Shown: positions 8,692-19,328, counted from the stretch's first letter. The stretch is DNA of 64,000 nucleotides from Bacilli bacterium (GCA_017441065.1 JAFSAI010000010.1:5378-69377); one strand, 5' to 3'. Notes: generated from the sequence alone by a model not told the origin. Made by a program: numbers and translations.

Positions 8692-9987
8692 TTCTTTAGT
8701 ATATTTTCTTACATAGTAAATATTTAATGATACTACAACAAAGATATTTACTATTTCAGATATTATTAAAGAATATAAGCCTATATGTAAAAGAGATGTT
8801 ATAGCAAGTACTACTAATTTAATAATTACACCAATAATAGTAATTCTCATAGTAATACTTGCTTTATTTATGGCTTGTAGGAAACTCATTAGAATTGATT
8901 CAATATAAAATAAAGGAAATATTGGTGCAAGTACTTTAATATAAGATAAACCTAGATTTGTATTATAAATAGCATTTAATATATGACTACCAAAAAACAT
9001 TAAAAGTACTGAATATGATATGCCGATTATTAATGAAAAAAATAAAGCTTCTTTTAAACGTTTTAATAAAAGATTATTGCTTCTATCTAAATAGTGTTTA
9101 CTAATTTCTGGTATGAGAGCAGATGATATGGCAGTGATAAAAAAAGATGGAACAGTTAATATTGTAATTGTATATGCGTTATATGCTCCGTATTGTACTA
9201 ATATATAGTTATTTGAATATCCTGAAAACAACAATAAATTTTTTAAAATTATAGGTTCGAAAAAATAACCAATATTACCAATTATTCTAGAGGATACTGT
9301 TGGAAGAGAAATATTTAAAATATTTTTTAAAGTATACTTATCAGGTTTTAAATGTACCTTGTTAATTTTGATATTTTTAGGTAAAAACAATAAGTTTACA
9401 ATTATTGAAACTAATTCTTCAATAAATGAAAATAAGAATAATGAGCATGCTGCAAGAATTTCGCTTTTTTTCATAATAATAGGAACAAATATATAAATAA
9501 GAAGACCTCTAATGACTTGTTCAATTACATTTGATACAACATTAGGAATCATATTTTGTTTTCCATAATAATAACCTTTTATGATGCTTGATATAGAGAT
9601 TATTGGAAAAGTGAGAGCCATAGATATAATAAGTAAATAGCATCTTTCTTCGTGAAGTAAATTAATTGCAATAAATTTAGCTGATATAAGCATAAATATA
9701 ACTACTACTAGATTAATTAGCATAATTAAAATAGTTGAGGTAGAAACAATTTTTACATTATTGTGATTACCTTCAGCAATTAACTTAGATATGGTTGTGG
9801 GAAGTGCTAATGTAGCAATAGTAATTAGAAGTGAATATGTTGGCATTACTAGAGAATATAGGCCAATAACTTCGGCTCCAACAATTCTAGTGTAAATAAT
9901 ACGGATAATAAAACCTAGTATTTTTGTGATAACTCCACCTAGTATTAAAATTATAGTAGATTTAATAAATATATTTTTCTTCTTCAT
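8686..9987 (-). CDS. MOP-superfamily flippase (SpoVB/MurJ-like polysaccharide biosynthesis protein)
   Basis: About 14 TM helices in 433 aa. It sits next to a comN-like gene, as spoVB does in Bacillus. Confidence 0.7.
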   Translation of the reverse strand: MKKKNIFIKSTIILILGGVITKILGFIIRIIYTRIVGAEVIGLYSLVMPTYSLLITIATLALPTTISKLIAEGNHNNVKIVSTSTILIMLINLVVVIFMLISAKFIAINLLHEERCYLLIISMALTFPIISISSIIKGYYYGKQNMIPNVVSNVIEQVIRGLLIYIFVPIIMKKSEILAACSLFLFSFIEELVSIIVNLLFLPKNIKINKVHLKPDKYTLKNILNISLPTVSSRIIGNIGYFFEPIILKNLLLFSGYSNNYILVQYGAYNAYTITILTVPSFFITAISSALIPEISKHYLDRSNNLLLKRLKEALFFSLIIGISYSVLLMFFGSHILNAIYNTNLGLSYIKVLAPIFPLFYIESILMSFLQAINKASITMRITIIGVIIKLVVLAITSLLHIGLYSLIISEIVNIFVVVSLNIYYVRKYTKEL

Positions 9988-10050
9988 AAATCTCCTTTAA
10001 AAGATAAATAAAATGATATATAATAATATTATGAAAGAAGGTTTGTTTTT

Positions 10051-10335
10051 ATGGATGGTAATAATGAAAAATTCAGTTCAATAAACGATTTATATAGAAG
10101 AATATTACCAGCTTTAGAAGCAAAAGTTTCTGAATTAAAAAGAGAAAATATTAGGTTTGTTACCTCCAAAGATATTTGGAATTATTGTATTGAGACTAAA
10201 TGGAAAAATAAAAGTGATTTAAGAATATATGAAATTGTAAGTGATATTTTGAATACTGACGGAATAAAATTAGAAAGTTATGTTAGACAAAATATCATAA
10301 ATTATAGAAATTTAATTGATAGGGATGAAAATTAA
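10051..10335 (+). CDS. Post-transcriptional regulator ComN/YrzD-like
   Basis: A 94-aa protein with the pattern FVTSKDIWNYCIETKWKNKSDLRIYEIVSDIL. It neighbours a spoVB-like gene. Confidence 0.55.
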   Translation: MDGNNEKFSSINDLYRRILPALEAKVSELKRENIRFVTSKDIWNYCIETKWKNKSDLRIYEIVSDILNTDGIKLESYVRQNIINYRNLIDRDEN

Positions 10336-12461
10336 TGAAAGATAAAGAAATAACATTTGAAATGTTTTATAGTAGATTAAAAACTACTAATGAAATATCT
10401 TTAAATAAAATAAAAGAAGCATATGAATATGCGTTAAAAGAACATGAAGGTAAAAAAAGATTAAGTGGGGATGATTATATAACTCATCCACTTCATGTAG
10501 CGAATATATTAATAGATTTAAATGTAGATGACACAACAATTATTGCTGCTATTTTACATGAAGTTTTAAATAATGGAGAAACAGCTACTAAAGAAATTCT
10601 AGAAAATAAGTTTGGACACGATGTTGCTAAAATAGTAGATAGTGTTTCTAAAATTAATAAACTAGAATTAGTAGATGAAACAGAATCTAGTGCTATATAT
10701 TTAAGAAAAGTATTAGTAGGTCTTGCTGAAGATCCTAGAGTACTTTATATAAAACTAGCAGATAGACTTCATAATATGCGAACTAATTGGGCCATAAAAG
10801 AAGAAAAACAAAAAGATAAAGCTAAAGAAACTATGGCTGTTTTAGTGCCAATTGCTCATCGCTTAGGTATTAATTCTATTAAGGGCGAACTTGAAGATAT
10901 TTGTTTAAGAATATTAAAACCAGATGTTTATCAAGATATATTAGAAAAATTAAATAAAACAACAATGGAACTTAATGATAATCTTTTAGAAATGAAAGAT
11001 AACTTATCACATTTGCTTAATGAAAATGGAATTAATCACCAAATTAAAGGTAGAGTAAAAAGTGTTTATAGTATTTATAATAAACTTAATAATGGTAAAA
11101 AATATAGTGATATTTATGATATTTTAGCATTACGTATATTTGTAGATAAAGAAACAGATTGTTATACAGTTATTGGTTTAATTCATTCAAAATATAGACC
11201 TGTACCAAAAAGATTTAAAGATTATATAGCAAACCCAAAAGAAAATATGTATCAAAGTTTACATACTACAGTATTTGGTAATGATGGGGAAGTTTATGAA
11301 GTACAAGTTCGTACTTATGAAATGGATGAAATAGCTGAAAAAGGTATTGCATCTCACTGGTCTTATAAAGAAAAAGGTTCTAAAAAAGTTCAAGCGATAA
11401 TGGAACAAAAATTAGAGATGTTTAGAAACATCATTGAAACAAATAGTGATGAAAATGACGCTTCTTTTGAAAATGCAATGAATAATGATCTTCTTGGTGA
11501 ACTTATTTATGTATTTACACCAAAAGGTGATGTTATTGAACTGCCTAAAGATTCTACACCAGTAGACTTTGCATATCGTATTCATAGTGGTGTTGGAGAT
11601 ACAACAGTAGGTGCTATTGTAAATGATAATATTGTTCCTTTATCTTATGCACTTCAAAATAATGATATAGTTAAAGTTATTACTAATAATAATGCAACAC
11701 CAAATCAAGACTGGTTAAATTTTGTTAAAACTCCACAAGCTAAAACTAAAATTAAATCTTATTTCAGTAAAAAAGATCGAGAATCTTATATTGAAAAAGG
11801 TAAAAATATTTTAGAAAAAGAAATTAGAAAAAGAAAATTAAGTATAAGTGAAGTTTTAAGTGATTCTAATTTGAATAAGATATATAAAGATTTAAAAATG
11901 GAATCTCTAGAAGATTTATATTTATCCATTGGATCTCTTCGATATACTGCTGGTTATATAATAAATTTAACTACTGAAGACAAACAAAATGTAGATGATA
12001 TATTAATTGAAAAGATAAAACCTACAATAATTCATCACACTAAAGATGATGTTATTGTTGATGGTAATACAAATATTATGTATTCTTTAGCTAAATGTTG
12101 TAAACCAGTTAAAGGCGATGAAATAATTGGTTTTATTACTAAAGGTGAAGGTGTATCAGTACATAAAAAAGGATGTATGAATACTAAAACAAATGAAGAT
12201 AGATTAATCAAAGTAGAATGGAATGAAGAAGTAGAAAATACATATTTAAGTGATATATCTATTTTAGTTAATAATCAAAATTTCTTGATGGATTTAATAA
12301 CTGAATCAACTAAAGAAAAGATTCATATTGTAGAAATGCATAATAAAGATACCGAATTTGGTACTATATGTAATTTAACTGTTAAAGTAAAAAATAAAGA
12401 CGAATTAGTACATTTTAAAAATCAAATTTCAAAATTTAAAAATGTTAAAGTTATGGAGTAA
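10335..12461 (+). CDS. relA: Bifunctional (p)ppGpp synthetase/hydrolase Rel
   Basis: It has an HD domain (HPLHVANIL..DRLHNMRT), a synthetase motif (YQSLHTTV), and TGS and ACT regions. Confidence 0.95.
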   Translation: MKDKEITFEMFYSRLKTTNEISLNKIKEAYEYALKEHEGKKRLSGDDYITHPLHVANILIDLNVDDTTIIAAILHEVLNNGETATKEILENKFGHDVAKIVDSVSKINKLELVDETESSAIYLRKVLVGLAEDPRVLYIKLADRLHNMRTNWAIKEEKQKDKAKETMAVLVPIAHRLGINSIKGELEDICLRILKPDVYQDILEKLNKTTMELNDNLLEMKDNLSHLLNENGINHQIKGRVKSVYSIYNKLNNGKKYSDIYDILALRIFVDKETDCYTVIGLIHSKYRPVPKRFKDYIANPKENMYQSLHTTVFGNDGEVYEVQVRTYEMDEIAEKGIASHWSYKEKGSKKVQAIMEQKLEMFRNIIETNSDENDASFENAMNNDLLGELIYVFTPKGDVIELPKDSTPVDFAYRIHSGVGDTTVGAIVNDNIVPLSYALQNNDIVKVITNNNATPNQDWLNFVKTPQAKTKIKSYFSKKDRESYIEKGKNILEKEIRKRKLSISEVLSDSNLNKIYKDLKMESLEDLYLSIGSLRYTAGYIINLTTEDKQNVDDILIEKIKPTIIHHTKDDVIVDGNTNIMYSLAKCCKPVKGDEIIGFITKGEGVSVHKKGCMNTKTNEDRLIKVEWNEEVENTYLSDISILVNNQNFLMDLITESTKEKIHIVEMHNKDTEFGTICNLTVKVKNKDELVHFKNQISKFKNVKVME

Positions 12462-12464
12462 TAT

Positions 12465-12908
12465 ATGAAAGTAGTTATACAAAGAAGTAAAAATAGTAAT
12501 GTTATTATTGATAATAAAGTATACAACGAAATATCTCATGGTTTGGTTGTATTATCTTGTTTTACTGAAGGTGATACCCTAGAAGATATTAATTACATAG
12601 TTAAAAAAATTACTAATTTAAGAATATTCGATGATGAAAATGGTATTATGAATAAAAGTATAATTGATATTTCTGGAAAAATATTATCTATTAGTCAATT
12701 TACATTATATGCTGATACAAAAAAAGGCAATAGACCTAGTTACATAAAAGCTTTAAATGGAACTGAAGCAATAAAATTATATGATTTATTTAATGAAGAA
12801 TTAAATAAGATTGTTCCAACTGTTACTGGAATTTTTGGAGCAGATATGCTACTTAATATAACAAATGATGGTCCAGTTACTATAATAATTGATAGTAAAA
12901 ACAAATAA
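12465..12908 (+). CDS. dtd: D-aminoacyl-tRNA deacylase
   Basis: MKVVIQR.., SQFTLYADTKKGNRPS and the C-terminal NDGPVTI motif. It follows relA. Confidence 0.9.
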   Translation: MKVVIQRSKNSNVIIDNKVYNEISHGLVVLSCFTEGDTLEDINYIVKKITNLRIFDDENGIMNKSIIDISGKILSISQFTLYADTKKGNRPSYIKALNGTEAIKLYDLFNEELNKIVPTVTGIFGADMLLNITNDGPVTIIIDSKNK

Positions 12909-13020
12909 AAAAGAATAGTTAATGCTATTTTTTTTATTGTCGAAAAATGACATACGAAATTAATTTACAATCCATATCTATTGTGATTAAATGAATATGG
13001 AAGTGCTGAATGTGGCGCCG

Positions 13021-13182
13021 CCTAAAACTTACTGAACGGGGAGGTAGTATTGAACCTGTAAAGGAGGTGATAAGCGTATGAAAGTAAAAACCATAAACAA
13101 GTTTTTATTAGTAATAATAATATTAATGTTACTGATTGTATTGGTATCAGAAATAAAAAGCGCCATTCTAATATTAAAATAG
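13021..13182 (+). pseudogene. Decayed family stub 1: promoter homolog with a broken G tract plus a 34-codon signal-anchor ORF
   Basis: aaaacttactgaacGGGGAGGtagtattgaacctgtaaa is homologous to the 5731-5775 promoter. It has the SD aaggaggtga, and the ORF 13078-13182 encodes MKVKTINKFLLVIIILMLLIVLVSEIKSAILILK. Confidence 0.4.
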
Positions 13183-13384
13183 AATAGCGTTGTCATAAAC
13201 TTAGGCGACGTGAAATTCACGCTTCCTAAGAAAAGTATATTATAAGTTAGAATAATATACAAGTATATTTTGGTAGATAAAATATTCAAAGAATAGATTG
13301 CTATTCTTTTTTTCTTTATTCTTTTGTGGCAAATAATAATAAAATATGTTAGAATATACCTCACATTTAAAAAGAGGGATTATT

Positions 13385-14050
13385 ATGGAAAAAGGTGCAA
13401 TTGAAAATTATGAAGCTTGTGCAAAATGTGGTGGTATGTGTTGTAAAAAGTGTGGTTGTGATTATTTTGTTTCAGATTTTGAAAGTATGAAATTAGACTA
13501 TTTAGAAAGTAGGTTAGATGAAGGAAGAATATCTATAGTCGCAGCAATTGACTTTAATAGATTACCTTCAGGAAAATTAACTGCAACCCCAATTCTATAT
13601 TTAAGAGCTAGAAATATTAATAGAGATGTTATTGATTTATTTTCGATGAAAACTACTTGTGCATCCTTAGAAGATAATAGATGTCATTATAGTTTAGAAG
13701 ATAGGCCTAGTGGTGGAGCTAGTTTAATACCATTAGAATTTGGAATGTGTTATAGTGAAGTTGATAGAATTGATGAGTTAAATAAATGGATTCCATATCA
13801 AAAGGTATTACATAGAATTGTTAAAAGACGTATTGGTATGAGTGTGTACGCAAAATTAAATGAAGATATAGAAAATGTAATATTTGATTTATTAGCAGGA
13901 AATACTGAAGGTGTTTCACCTTTGGAAATTATAGATTTAAAAGGAACGATTCCAATGTTAACAGAAACTCATCCAGAACAAATCAGAAATGCATATTTAA
14001 GATACGAAAAATCAAAGCCAATACTATTACAAAGAAAGAAAAATGAATGA
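13385..14050 (+). CDS. Cysteine-cluster protein (YkgJ/UPF0153-like CxxCxxCC motif)
   Basis: It carries CAKCGGMCCKKCGC near the N-terminus, and the RBS agaggga precedes the ATG at 13385. It is inserted between dtd and hisS. Confidence 0.45.
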   Translation: MEKGAIENYEACAKCGGMCCKKCGCDYFVSDFESMKLDYLESRLDEGRISIVAAIDFNRLPSGKLTATPILYLRARNINRDVIDLFSMKTTCASLEDNRCHYSLEDRPSGGASLIPLEFGMCYSEVDRIDELNKWIPYQKVLHRIVKRRIGMSVYAKLNEDIENVIFDLLAGNTEGVSPLEIIDLKGTIPMLTETHPEQIRNAYLRYEKSKPILLQRKKNE

Positions 14051-14070
14051 GAAATCATTCTTTTTGTTTT

Positions 14071-14290
14071 CAACAAAAAAGTTGCAAAAAATAGACTTCG
14101 GGGGGGGTATAATAAGCTTTACTTATAAAATAAAAAAGATGGTGTAAGTATGAAGTTTATTAACAAAAAAATAATATTAGTAGTAATAATATTAATGATA
14201 GGAATAATACTTTTTGGAATTTCAAAACCAAAAGATAATATAAATTTGAAAGATACACACATATCTTTCTTCCTTTTATTTATTGACTAA
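14071..14290 (+). pseudogene. Decayed family stub 2: intact 8-G promoter, 46-codon signal-anchor ORF and terminator (internal deletion of a 41218-like copy)
   Basis: G8 lies at 14100-14107 and is followed by TATAAT. The ORF 14150-14290 (MKFINKKIILVVIILMIG..) runs into gaaagatacacacatatctttcttcc, the same hairpin found after gene 41218. Confidence 0.55.
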
Positions 14291-14329
14291 TTATTAAAAA
14301 AGTAATAAAATATAAGCATATTGATTTTC

Positions 14330-14520
14330 TATGGAAAGAGAAGTAGTTTATTTAAGAAAAAGTTAGTTAGCGAAGACGGTTGGTGAGAAAGTCGAACAGC
14401 TTAATAAATGAAAACACTTTCAGAATTAGAAACGCACATTAGCGATAAAAATAAGAGACCTAGAAGTAAGGTGGTACCGCGGATATTTTCGCCCTTACAT
14501 GCTAGGTCTTTTTTTATAAG
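14330..14520 (+). promoter_or_regulatory. T-box leader (tRNA-His sensing) with terminator
   Basis: T-box sequence aaggtggtaccgcgg (14468-14482). Terminator agacctag..ctaggtct plus a T-run (14455-14516). A CAC is present in the candidate specifier region, and hisS lies downstream. Confidence 0.8.
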
Positions 14521-14533
14521 AAAGAGGGATAGA

Positions 14534-15796
14534 ATGATAACAAAACCAAAAGGAACTACAGATATCACTGGTAATGAATCAATATTATGGGAATATGTAA
14601 ATTCAGTTGTAGCTACAATGATGAATAACTATAACTATGAATTTATAAGAACTCCTATATTTGAAGCAAGTGAACTATACCATAGAAGTGTTGGTGAAAC
14701 ATCAGACATAGTTCAAAAAGAAACATATGATTTTAAAGATAAAGGTGAACGTAATTTAACTTTAAGACCAGAGGGAACTGCGGGTGTTGTAAGAAGTTAT
14801 TTAGAAAATAAATTATATGCTGAACCTGATGCTAAAAAATATTACTATAATGGTACAATGTATCGTTATGAAAGACCTCAAACAGGAAGAATGCGTGAAT
14901 TTACTCAGTTTGGTGTTGAAGTGTTAGGAAGTAATGATCCTATAGTGGATGCAGAAGTTATTAGTTTACAATATAAAATTTTAGAAGCATTACATATAAG
15001 TAATTTACAAGTAAATATAAATACTTTAGGAGATCAAGAATCTCGTAATAATTATAGAGATGCTTTGGTTAAATATTTAGAACCACATTTAGATTGTTTA
15101 TGTGAAGATTGTAGAGAAAGATTTAAAACTAATCCACTAAGAATACTTGATTGTAAAGTTGATGCAGATAGTGAAATACTAAAAAATGCACCAAAAACAA
15201 TTGATTATTTAAATGAAGAAAGTAAAAAAAGATTTGAAACTGTTTTAAAATATTTGGATTTATTAGAAATTGATTATGAAGTAAATCCTAAAATAGTTAG
15301 AGGTCTTGATTATTATGATCATACTGTATTTGAAATAGTTTCATTAGATAATTGCGAAACAAAAGCAAGTGTTTTAGGTGGCGGTGGGCGCTACAATAAA
15401 TTAATTAAAGAATTAGATGGTCCAGATTCATATGGAATTGGTTGGGCTTGTGGAATGGATAGAATTATAAATTTATTAAAAGAAATAGATTTATATAAAG
15501 ATGTAAAAAAACAAGTTGAATGCTATGTGATGTATGTATCTGAAGAAGAAAAATTACACGCTTTAGAAATAGTTCAAGATTTAAGATTAAATGGGATTGT
15601 TACAGAATGTGATAATTTAGGTAAAGGTTTAAAAGGACAATTTAAACAAGCTGATAGATTAAATGCTAAATTATTAATCATACTAAATAGTGAAGATTTA
15701 AGTATGGGACTAGTTAATGTTAAAGATAATGCTACAAAAGAAGAAGAAAAAGTAGATATTTCTGAAGTTGTTGACTATGTTTTAGGATTATTATAA
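14534..15796 (+). CDS. hisS: Histidine--tRNA ligase
   Basis: MITKPKGTTDI start plus the motifs LRPEGT, YRYERPQ.GR.REF and GGGRY. The upstream part of the 14408 ORF is the T-box leader. Confidence 0.95.
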   Translation: MITKPKGTTDITGNESILWEYVNSVVATMMNNYNYEFIRTPIFEASELYHRSVGETSDIVQKETYDFKDKGERNLTLRPEGTAGVVRSYLENKLYAEPDAKKYYYNGTMYRYERPQTGRMREFTQFGVEVLGSNDPIVDAEVISLQYKILEALHISNLQVNINTLGDQESRNNYRDALVKYLEPHLDCLCEDCRERFKTNPLRILDCKVDADSEILKNAPKTIDYLNEESKKRFETVLKYLDLLEIDYEVNPKIVRGLDYYDHTVFEIVSLDNCETKASVLGGGGRYNKLIKELDGPDSYGIGWACGMDRIINLLKEIDLYKDVKKQVECYVMYVSEEEKLHALEIVQDLRLNGIVTECDNLGKGLKGQFKQADRLNAKLLIILNSEDLSMGLVNVKDNATKEEEKVDISEVVDYVLGLL

Positions 15797-15812
15797 GAGA
15801 AAGGTGATAGAT

Positions 15813-17573
15813 ATGAAAAAATATAATAATGGTGAATTTAGATTAAAAGATGCAGGAAATTACTTCGAAGTTTATGGATGGGTAAATAAACGTCGTGATA
15901 TGGGTGGGGTAATATTCGTTGACTTACGTGATAGAAGTGGTATGTTACAAATAGTATTAAATAGAGATTTCTTAAAAGATGATTTTAAAGTAGCAGAAAC
16001 TCTTAAAAATGAATATTGTATTAAAGCATATGGTAAGCTAGAAAAAAGAGGAGAAGGATTAGCTAATCCAAATCTTTCTACTGGTGAAGTTGAATTAATC
16101 GTTGAAAATTTAGAAATTTTAAGTGAATGCGATATACTTCCATTTAATGTATATGAAGATACTAATATTAATGAAAATATTTCTTTAAAATATCGTTATT
16201 TAGATTTACGTAAAGAGAGATTACAAAATACAATTATGACTCGTCATAAAATAACTTCATCAATTAGAGAATATTTAAATGGTGAAGGTTTCTTAGATAT
16301 TGAAACTCCAATTTTATGTAAATCTACTCCAGAAGGTGCTAGAGACTATATTGTTCCATCAAGAATTAATAAAGGTTCATTTTATGCACTTCCTCAAAGT
16401 CCACAAATTTGTAAGCAATTATTAATGGTTTCAGGATTTGAAAAATATTATCAAATTGCCAAATGTTTTAGAGATGAAGACTTAAGAGCAGATCGTCAAC
16501 CAGAATTTACTCAAATCGATATGGAAATGAGTTTTGTTACTGAAGAAGACGTAATGAATAATACTGAAAATTTACTTAAAAAAGTTGTTAAGGATGTTAA
16601 AGGTATAGATGTTCCAGATTTTCCAAGAATGCCTTATAAAGAAGCAATGGAAAGATATGGTAGTGATAAACCAGATACAAGATTTGAAATGGAATTATTA
16701 GATTTAACAGAAATTTTAAGAGGAACACAAATGAATGTGTTTAATAATGTTATTTCAAATGGTGGTATTGTTAAATGTTTAATTGTTAAAAATAATGGAG
16801 ATAAATATTCTAGAAGTGATGTTGAACACTTAACTGATTTTGTAAAAATATATGGTGCTAAAGGTTTAGCTTGGTTAAAATATGATAATGATACATTTAA
16901 TGGTGTTATTGCTAAAAATTTAGAAGAAGAAAAATTAGAATTAATGAGAACTACTTATAATATTACTAATAACGATTTAGTTTTAATAGTAGCAGATACA
17001 CCAAAAATTGTTTATGCAGCTTTAGGAGCTTTAAGATTAAAACTTGCAAAAGAATTAAATTTAATTGATGAAAATAAATTAAATTTCTTATGGGTTACAG
17101 AATTCCCTATGTATGAATATAGTGAATCAGAAAAAAGATATAAATCATGTCATCATCCATTTACAATGCCAATTAGTGTAGATAAATTATCTGACTATGA
17201 AAATTGTACTGCTAAAGCATATGATATTGTATTAAATGGTTATGAAGTTGGTGGAGGATCAATTCGTATACATGATCCTAAAGTACAAGCAATTGTATTT
17301 AAAGAATTAGGTATATCTGATGAGGAAGCACAAAAGAAATTTGGATTCTTCATTGATGCATTTAAATTTGGAGCTCCTCCTCATGGTGGTTTAGCTTTAG
17401 GTCTTGATAGATTAGTAATGATTTTATGCGGTACCGAAAACATTAAAGATGTTATTGCATTCCCTAAAACTCAAAGTGCAAGTGACTTAATGATGGAAGC
17501 GCCTTCTGAAGTTACTTTAGAACAATTAAAAGAATTAGGAATTAAAATTGATGTGGAGGAAGATAATGAGTAA
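15813..17573 (+). CDS. aspS: Aspartate--tRNA ligase (probably non-discriminating, given gatCAB downstream)
   Basis: Class IIb motifs (FRDEDLRADRQPEFTQ, GGGSIRIH, GLDR). Confidence 0.95.
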   Translation: MKKYNNGEFRLKDAGNYFEVYGWVNKRRDMGGVIFVDLRDRSGMLQIVLNRDFLKDDFKVAETLKNEYCIKAYGKLEKRGEGLANPNLSTGEVELIVENLEILSECDILPFNVYEDTNINENISLKYRYLDLRKERLQNTIMTRHKITSSIREYLNGEGFLDIETPILCKSTPEGARDYIVPSRINKGSFYALPQSPQICKQLLMVSGFEKYYQIAKCFRDEDLRADRQPEFTQIDMEMSFVTEEDVMNNTENLLKKVVKDVKGIDVPDFPRMPYKEAMERYGSDKPDTRFEMELLDLTEILRGTQMNVFNNVISNGGIVKCLIVKNNGDKYSRSDVEHLTDFVKIYGAKGLAWLKYDNDTFNGVIAKNLEEEKLELMRTTYNITNNDLVLIVADTPKIVYAALGALRLKLAKELNLIDENKLNFLWVTEFPMYEYSESEKRYKSCHHPFTMPISVDKLSDYENCTAKAYDIVLNGYEVGGGSIRIHDPKVQAIVFKELGISDEEAQKKFGFFIDAFKFGAPPHGGLALGLDRLVMILCGTENIKDVIAFPKTQSASDLMMEAPSEVTLEQLKELGIKIDVEEDNE

Positions 17574-17862
17574 ATTTACTAAGGAATTAATTGATAATTA
17601 TGCTGATAAATTACTTATTGGTTTAACTCCTGAAGAAAATGAAATGGTACTTAATGAATTTGATGATATTGATACAAATATAAATTTAATAAATGAAATT
17701 GATGGTATAAGTGAAGTTGAACCTATGACTCACTGTTTAGATGATTTCGAATATGTATTAAGAGAAGACGTTGTAGCGCCTACTCCTGATATCAAAGATT
17801 TACTTCGTAATAGTGATGTTACTGAAGATAGAGAAATCGTAGTACCAAAGGTAGTAGGATAG
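17566..17862 (+). CDS. gatC: Glu/Asp-tRNA amidotransferase subunit C
   Basis: A small protein immediately upstream of gatA/gatB. Its ATG overlaps the aspS stop, and the RBS is ggagga. Confidence 0.85.
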   Translation: MSKFTKELIDNYADKLLIGLTPEENEMVLNEFDDIDTNINLINEIDGISEVEPMTHCLDDFEYVLREDVVAPTPDIKDLLRNSDVTEDREIVVPKVVG

Positions 17863-17870
17863 GTGATAAT

Positions 17871-19328
17871 ATGAGATATATGGATAAATCAATTGAAGAA
17901 TTACATGAATTATTAGTTAAAGGTGAAGTTACTAGTGATGAACTTGTTAAAGAATCTTTGGAAAGAAGTCATGAAATTCAAGAAAAATGTAATGCTTTTG
18001 TTACTATCTTAGATGATGCTAAAGGTTGTGAAGTAACTGAAAGTCTTTTATCTGGTATACCTTATGGTGTTAAAGATAACTATTCTACTAAAGATATTTT
18101 ATCTACAGGATCATCTAATACATTAAAAGATTATGTACCTTTCTTTAATGCTACATCTATAGATAATTTAGATAGAGCAGGTGCTGTAAAAGTTAATAAA
18201 ACTACATTAGATGAATTTGGTATGGGTGGTACTGGTACTACAGCTCATACTGGTGTTCAAAAAAATCCATGGGATAGAACTCGTATATGTGCAGGTTCTT
18301 CATCAGGTTCTGCTGCTGCAGTTGCTGCTGGTGTTTATCCTTATGCTCTTGGAACTGATACAGGAGATTCTATTCGTAAACCTGCTGCATATTGTGGTAT
18401 AGTTGGATATAAACCAACATATGGTATGATTTCTCGTTATGGAGTATTTCCTTTTGCTTCAAGTTTAGACCATTTGGGTGCATTAACTAGAAGTGTTAGA
18501 GATGCTGCTATAGTAGTAGATGCTATGAAAGGAATAGATCCTAATGATATGACTTCTTGGGATTCAAGCAAAATGGATTTACTTGGCGCTTGTACTGGCG
18601 AAGTTAAAGGTAAGAAATTATGTTATATTAAAGAAATTTGTAATATAGAAAATTATCCAAATGCATCAGAAGAATTAAAGCTTCATTTAGAAAATTTCCA
18701 TAAAACTTTAGAAATTTGTAAATCTTTAGGTATGGAAGTAGAAGAAGTAAGTGTCGATAGAAAATTATTAAATGCTATTTATAGTGTTTATCGTGTTATT
18801 CATTCTGCTGAAGCATCAAGTAATATGAGTAATTTAACTGGTATTATTTTTGGACCTCGTGGTAAAGGTGAAAATTATATTGAAATGATTAAAGACCATC
18901 GTACTAATGGATTCTCACCGCTTATTAAACGTAGATTTGTAATTGGTTCTTATGTTCTTCAAAAAGAAAATAAAGAAAGATATTTTAATAATGCTCAAAG
19001 AGCTAGAAGATTGCTTGTTGATACTTGGAAAGATTTATTTAAAAAATATGATGCTGTATTAAATCCAGTGGGAATTGGTCCAGCTAAAAAATTCGAAGAT
19101 TTAGATATAAAATATGATGATAATACAATTGCATTAGATGAACATTTACAAATTGGTAACTTTGGTGGTTTCCCATCAATAAGTATTCCAGATGGTTTTG
19201 TAAATGATTTACCAGTAAGTATTTGTATAACTGGAAATTGTTATGATGATGAAAATGTATTAAATATAGCTTATGCTTTAGAATCTGCAATGGATTACAA
19301 AGGCCAAGTTGTTAAGGAGGTTAAATAA
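17871..19328 (+). CDS. gatA: Glu/Asp-tRNA amidotransferase subunit A
   Basis: Amidase signature GGSSSGSAAAVA-like (CAGSSSGSAAAVAAG) and TDTGDSIRKPA. Confidence 0.95.
   Translation: MRYMDKSIEELHELLVKGEVTSDELVKESLERSHEIQEKCNAFVTILDDAKGCEVTESLLSGIPYGVKDNYSTKDILSTGSSNTLKDYVPFFNATSIDNLDRAGAVKVNKTTLDEFGMGGTGTTAHTGVQKNPWDRTRICAGSSSGSAAAVAAGVYPYALGTDTGDSIRKPAAYCGIVGYKPTYGMISRYGVFPFASSLDHLGALTRSVRDAAIVVDAMKGIDPNDMTSWDSSKMDLLGACTGEVKGKKLCYIKEICNIENYPNASEELKLHLENFHKTLEICKSLGMEVEEVSVDRKLLNAIYSVYRVIHSAEASSNMSNLTGIIFGPRGKGENYIEMIKDHRTNGFSPLIKRRFVIGSYVLQKENKERYFNNAQRARRLLVDTWKDLFKKYDAVLNPVGIGPAKKFEDLDIKYDDNTIALDEHLQIGNFGGFPSISIPDGFVNDLPVSICITGNCYDDENVLNIAYALESAMDYKGQVVKEVK

Noticed and set aside
12990-13077. 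A GC-richer leader (ggcgccgcc..aacggggagg..aaggaggtga) that looked like a possible riboswitch.
   Set aside because: It aligns to the poly-G family promoter and leader (5731-5792), with the G tract interrupted. No riboswitch consensus was recognised.
13029-13364. A 111-aa minus-strand ORF between dtd and the Cys-cluster gene.
   Set aside because: It is antisense to the family-promoter stub and its SD-preceded mini-ORF. It spans two terminator hairpins and has a low-complexity translation, so it is probably spurious.
14408-14533. The N-terminal 42-aa extension of hisS given in the ORF track.
   Set aside because: This stretch contains the T-box sequence and the terminator/antiterminator of the leader. 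HisRS homology begins at the ATG at 14534 (MITKPKGTTD).
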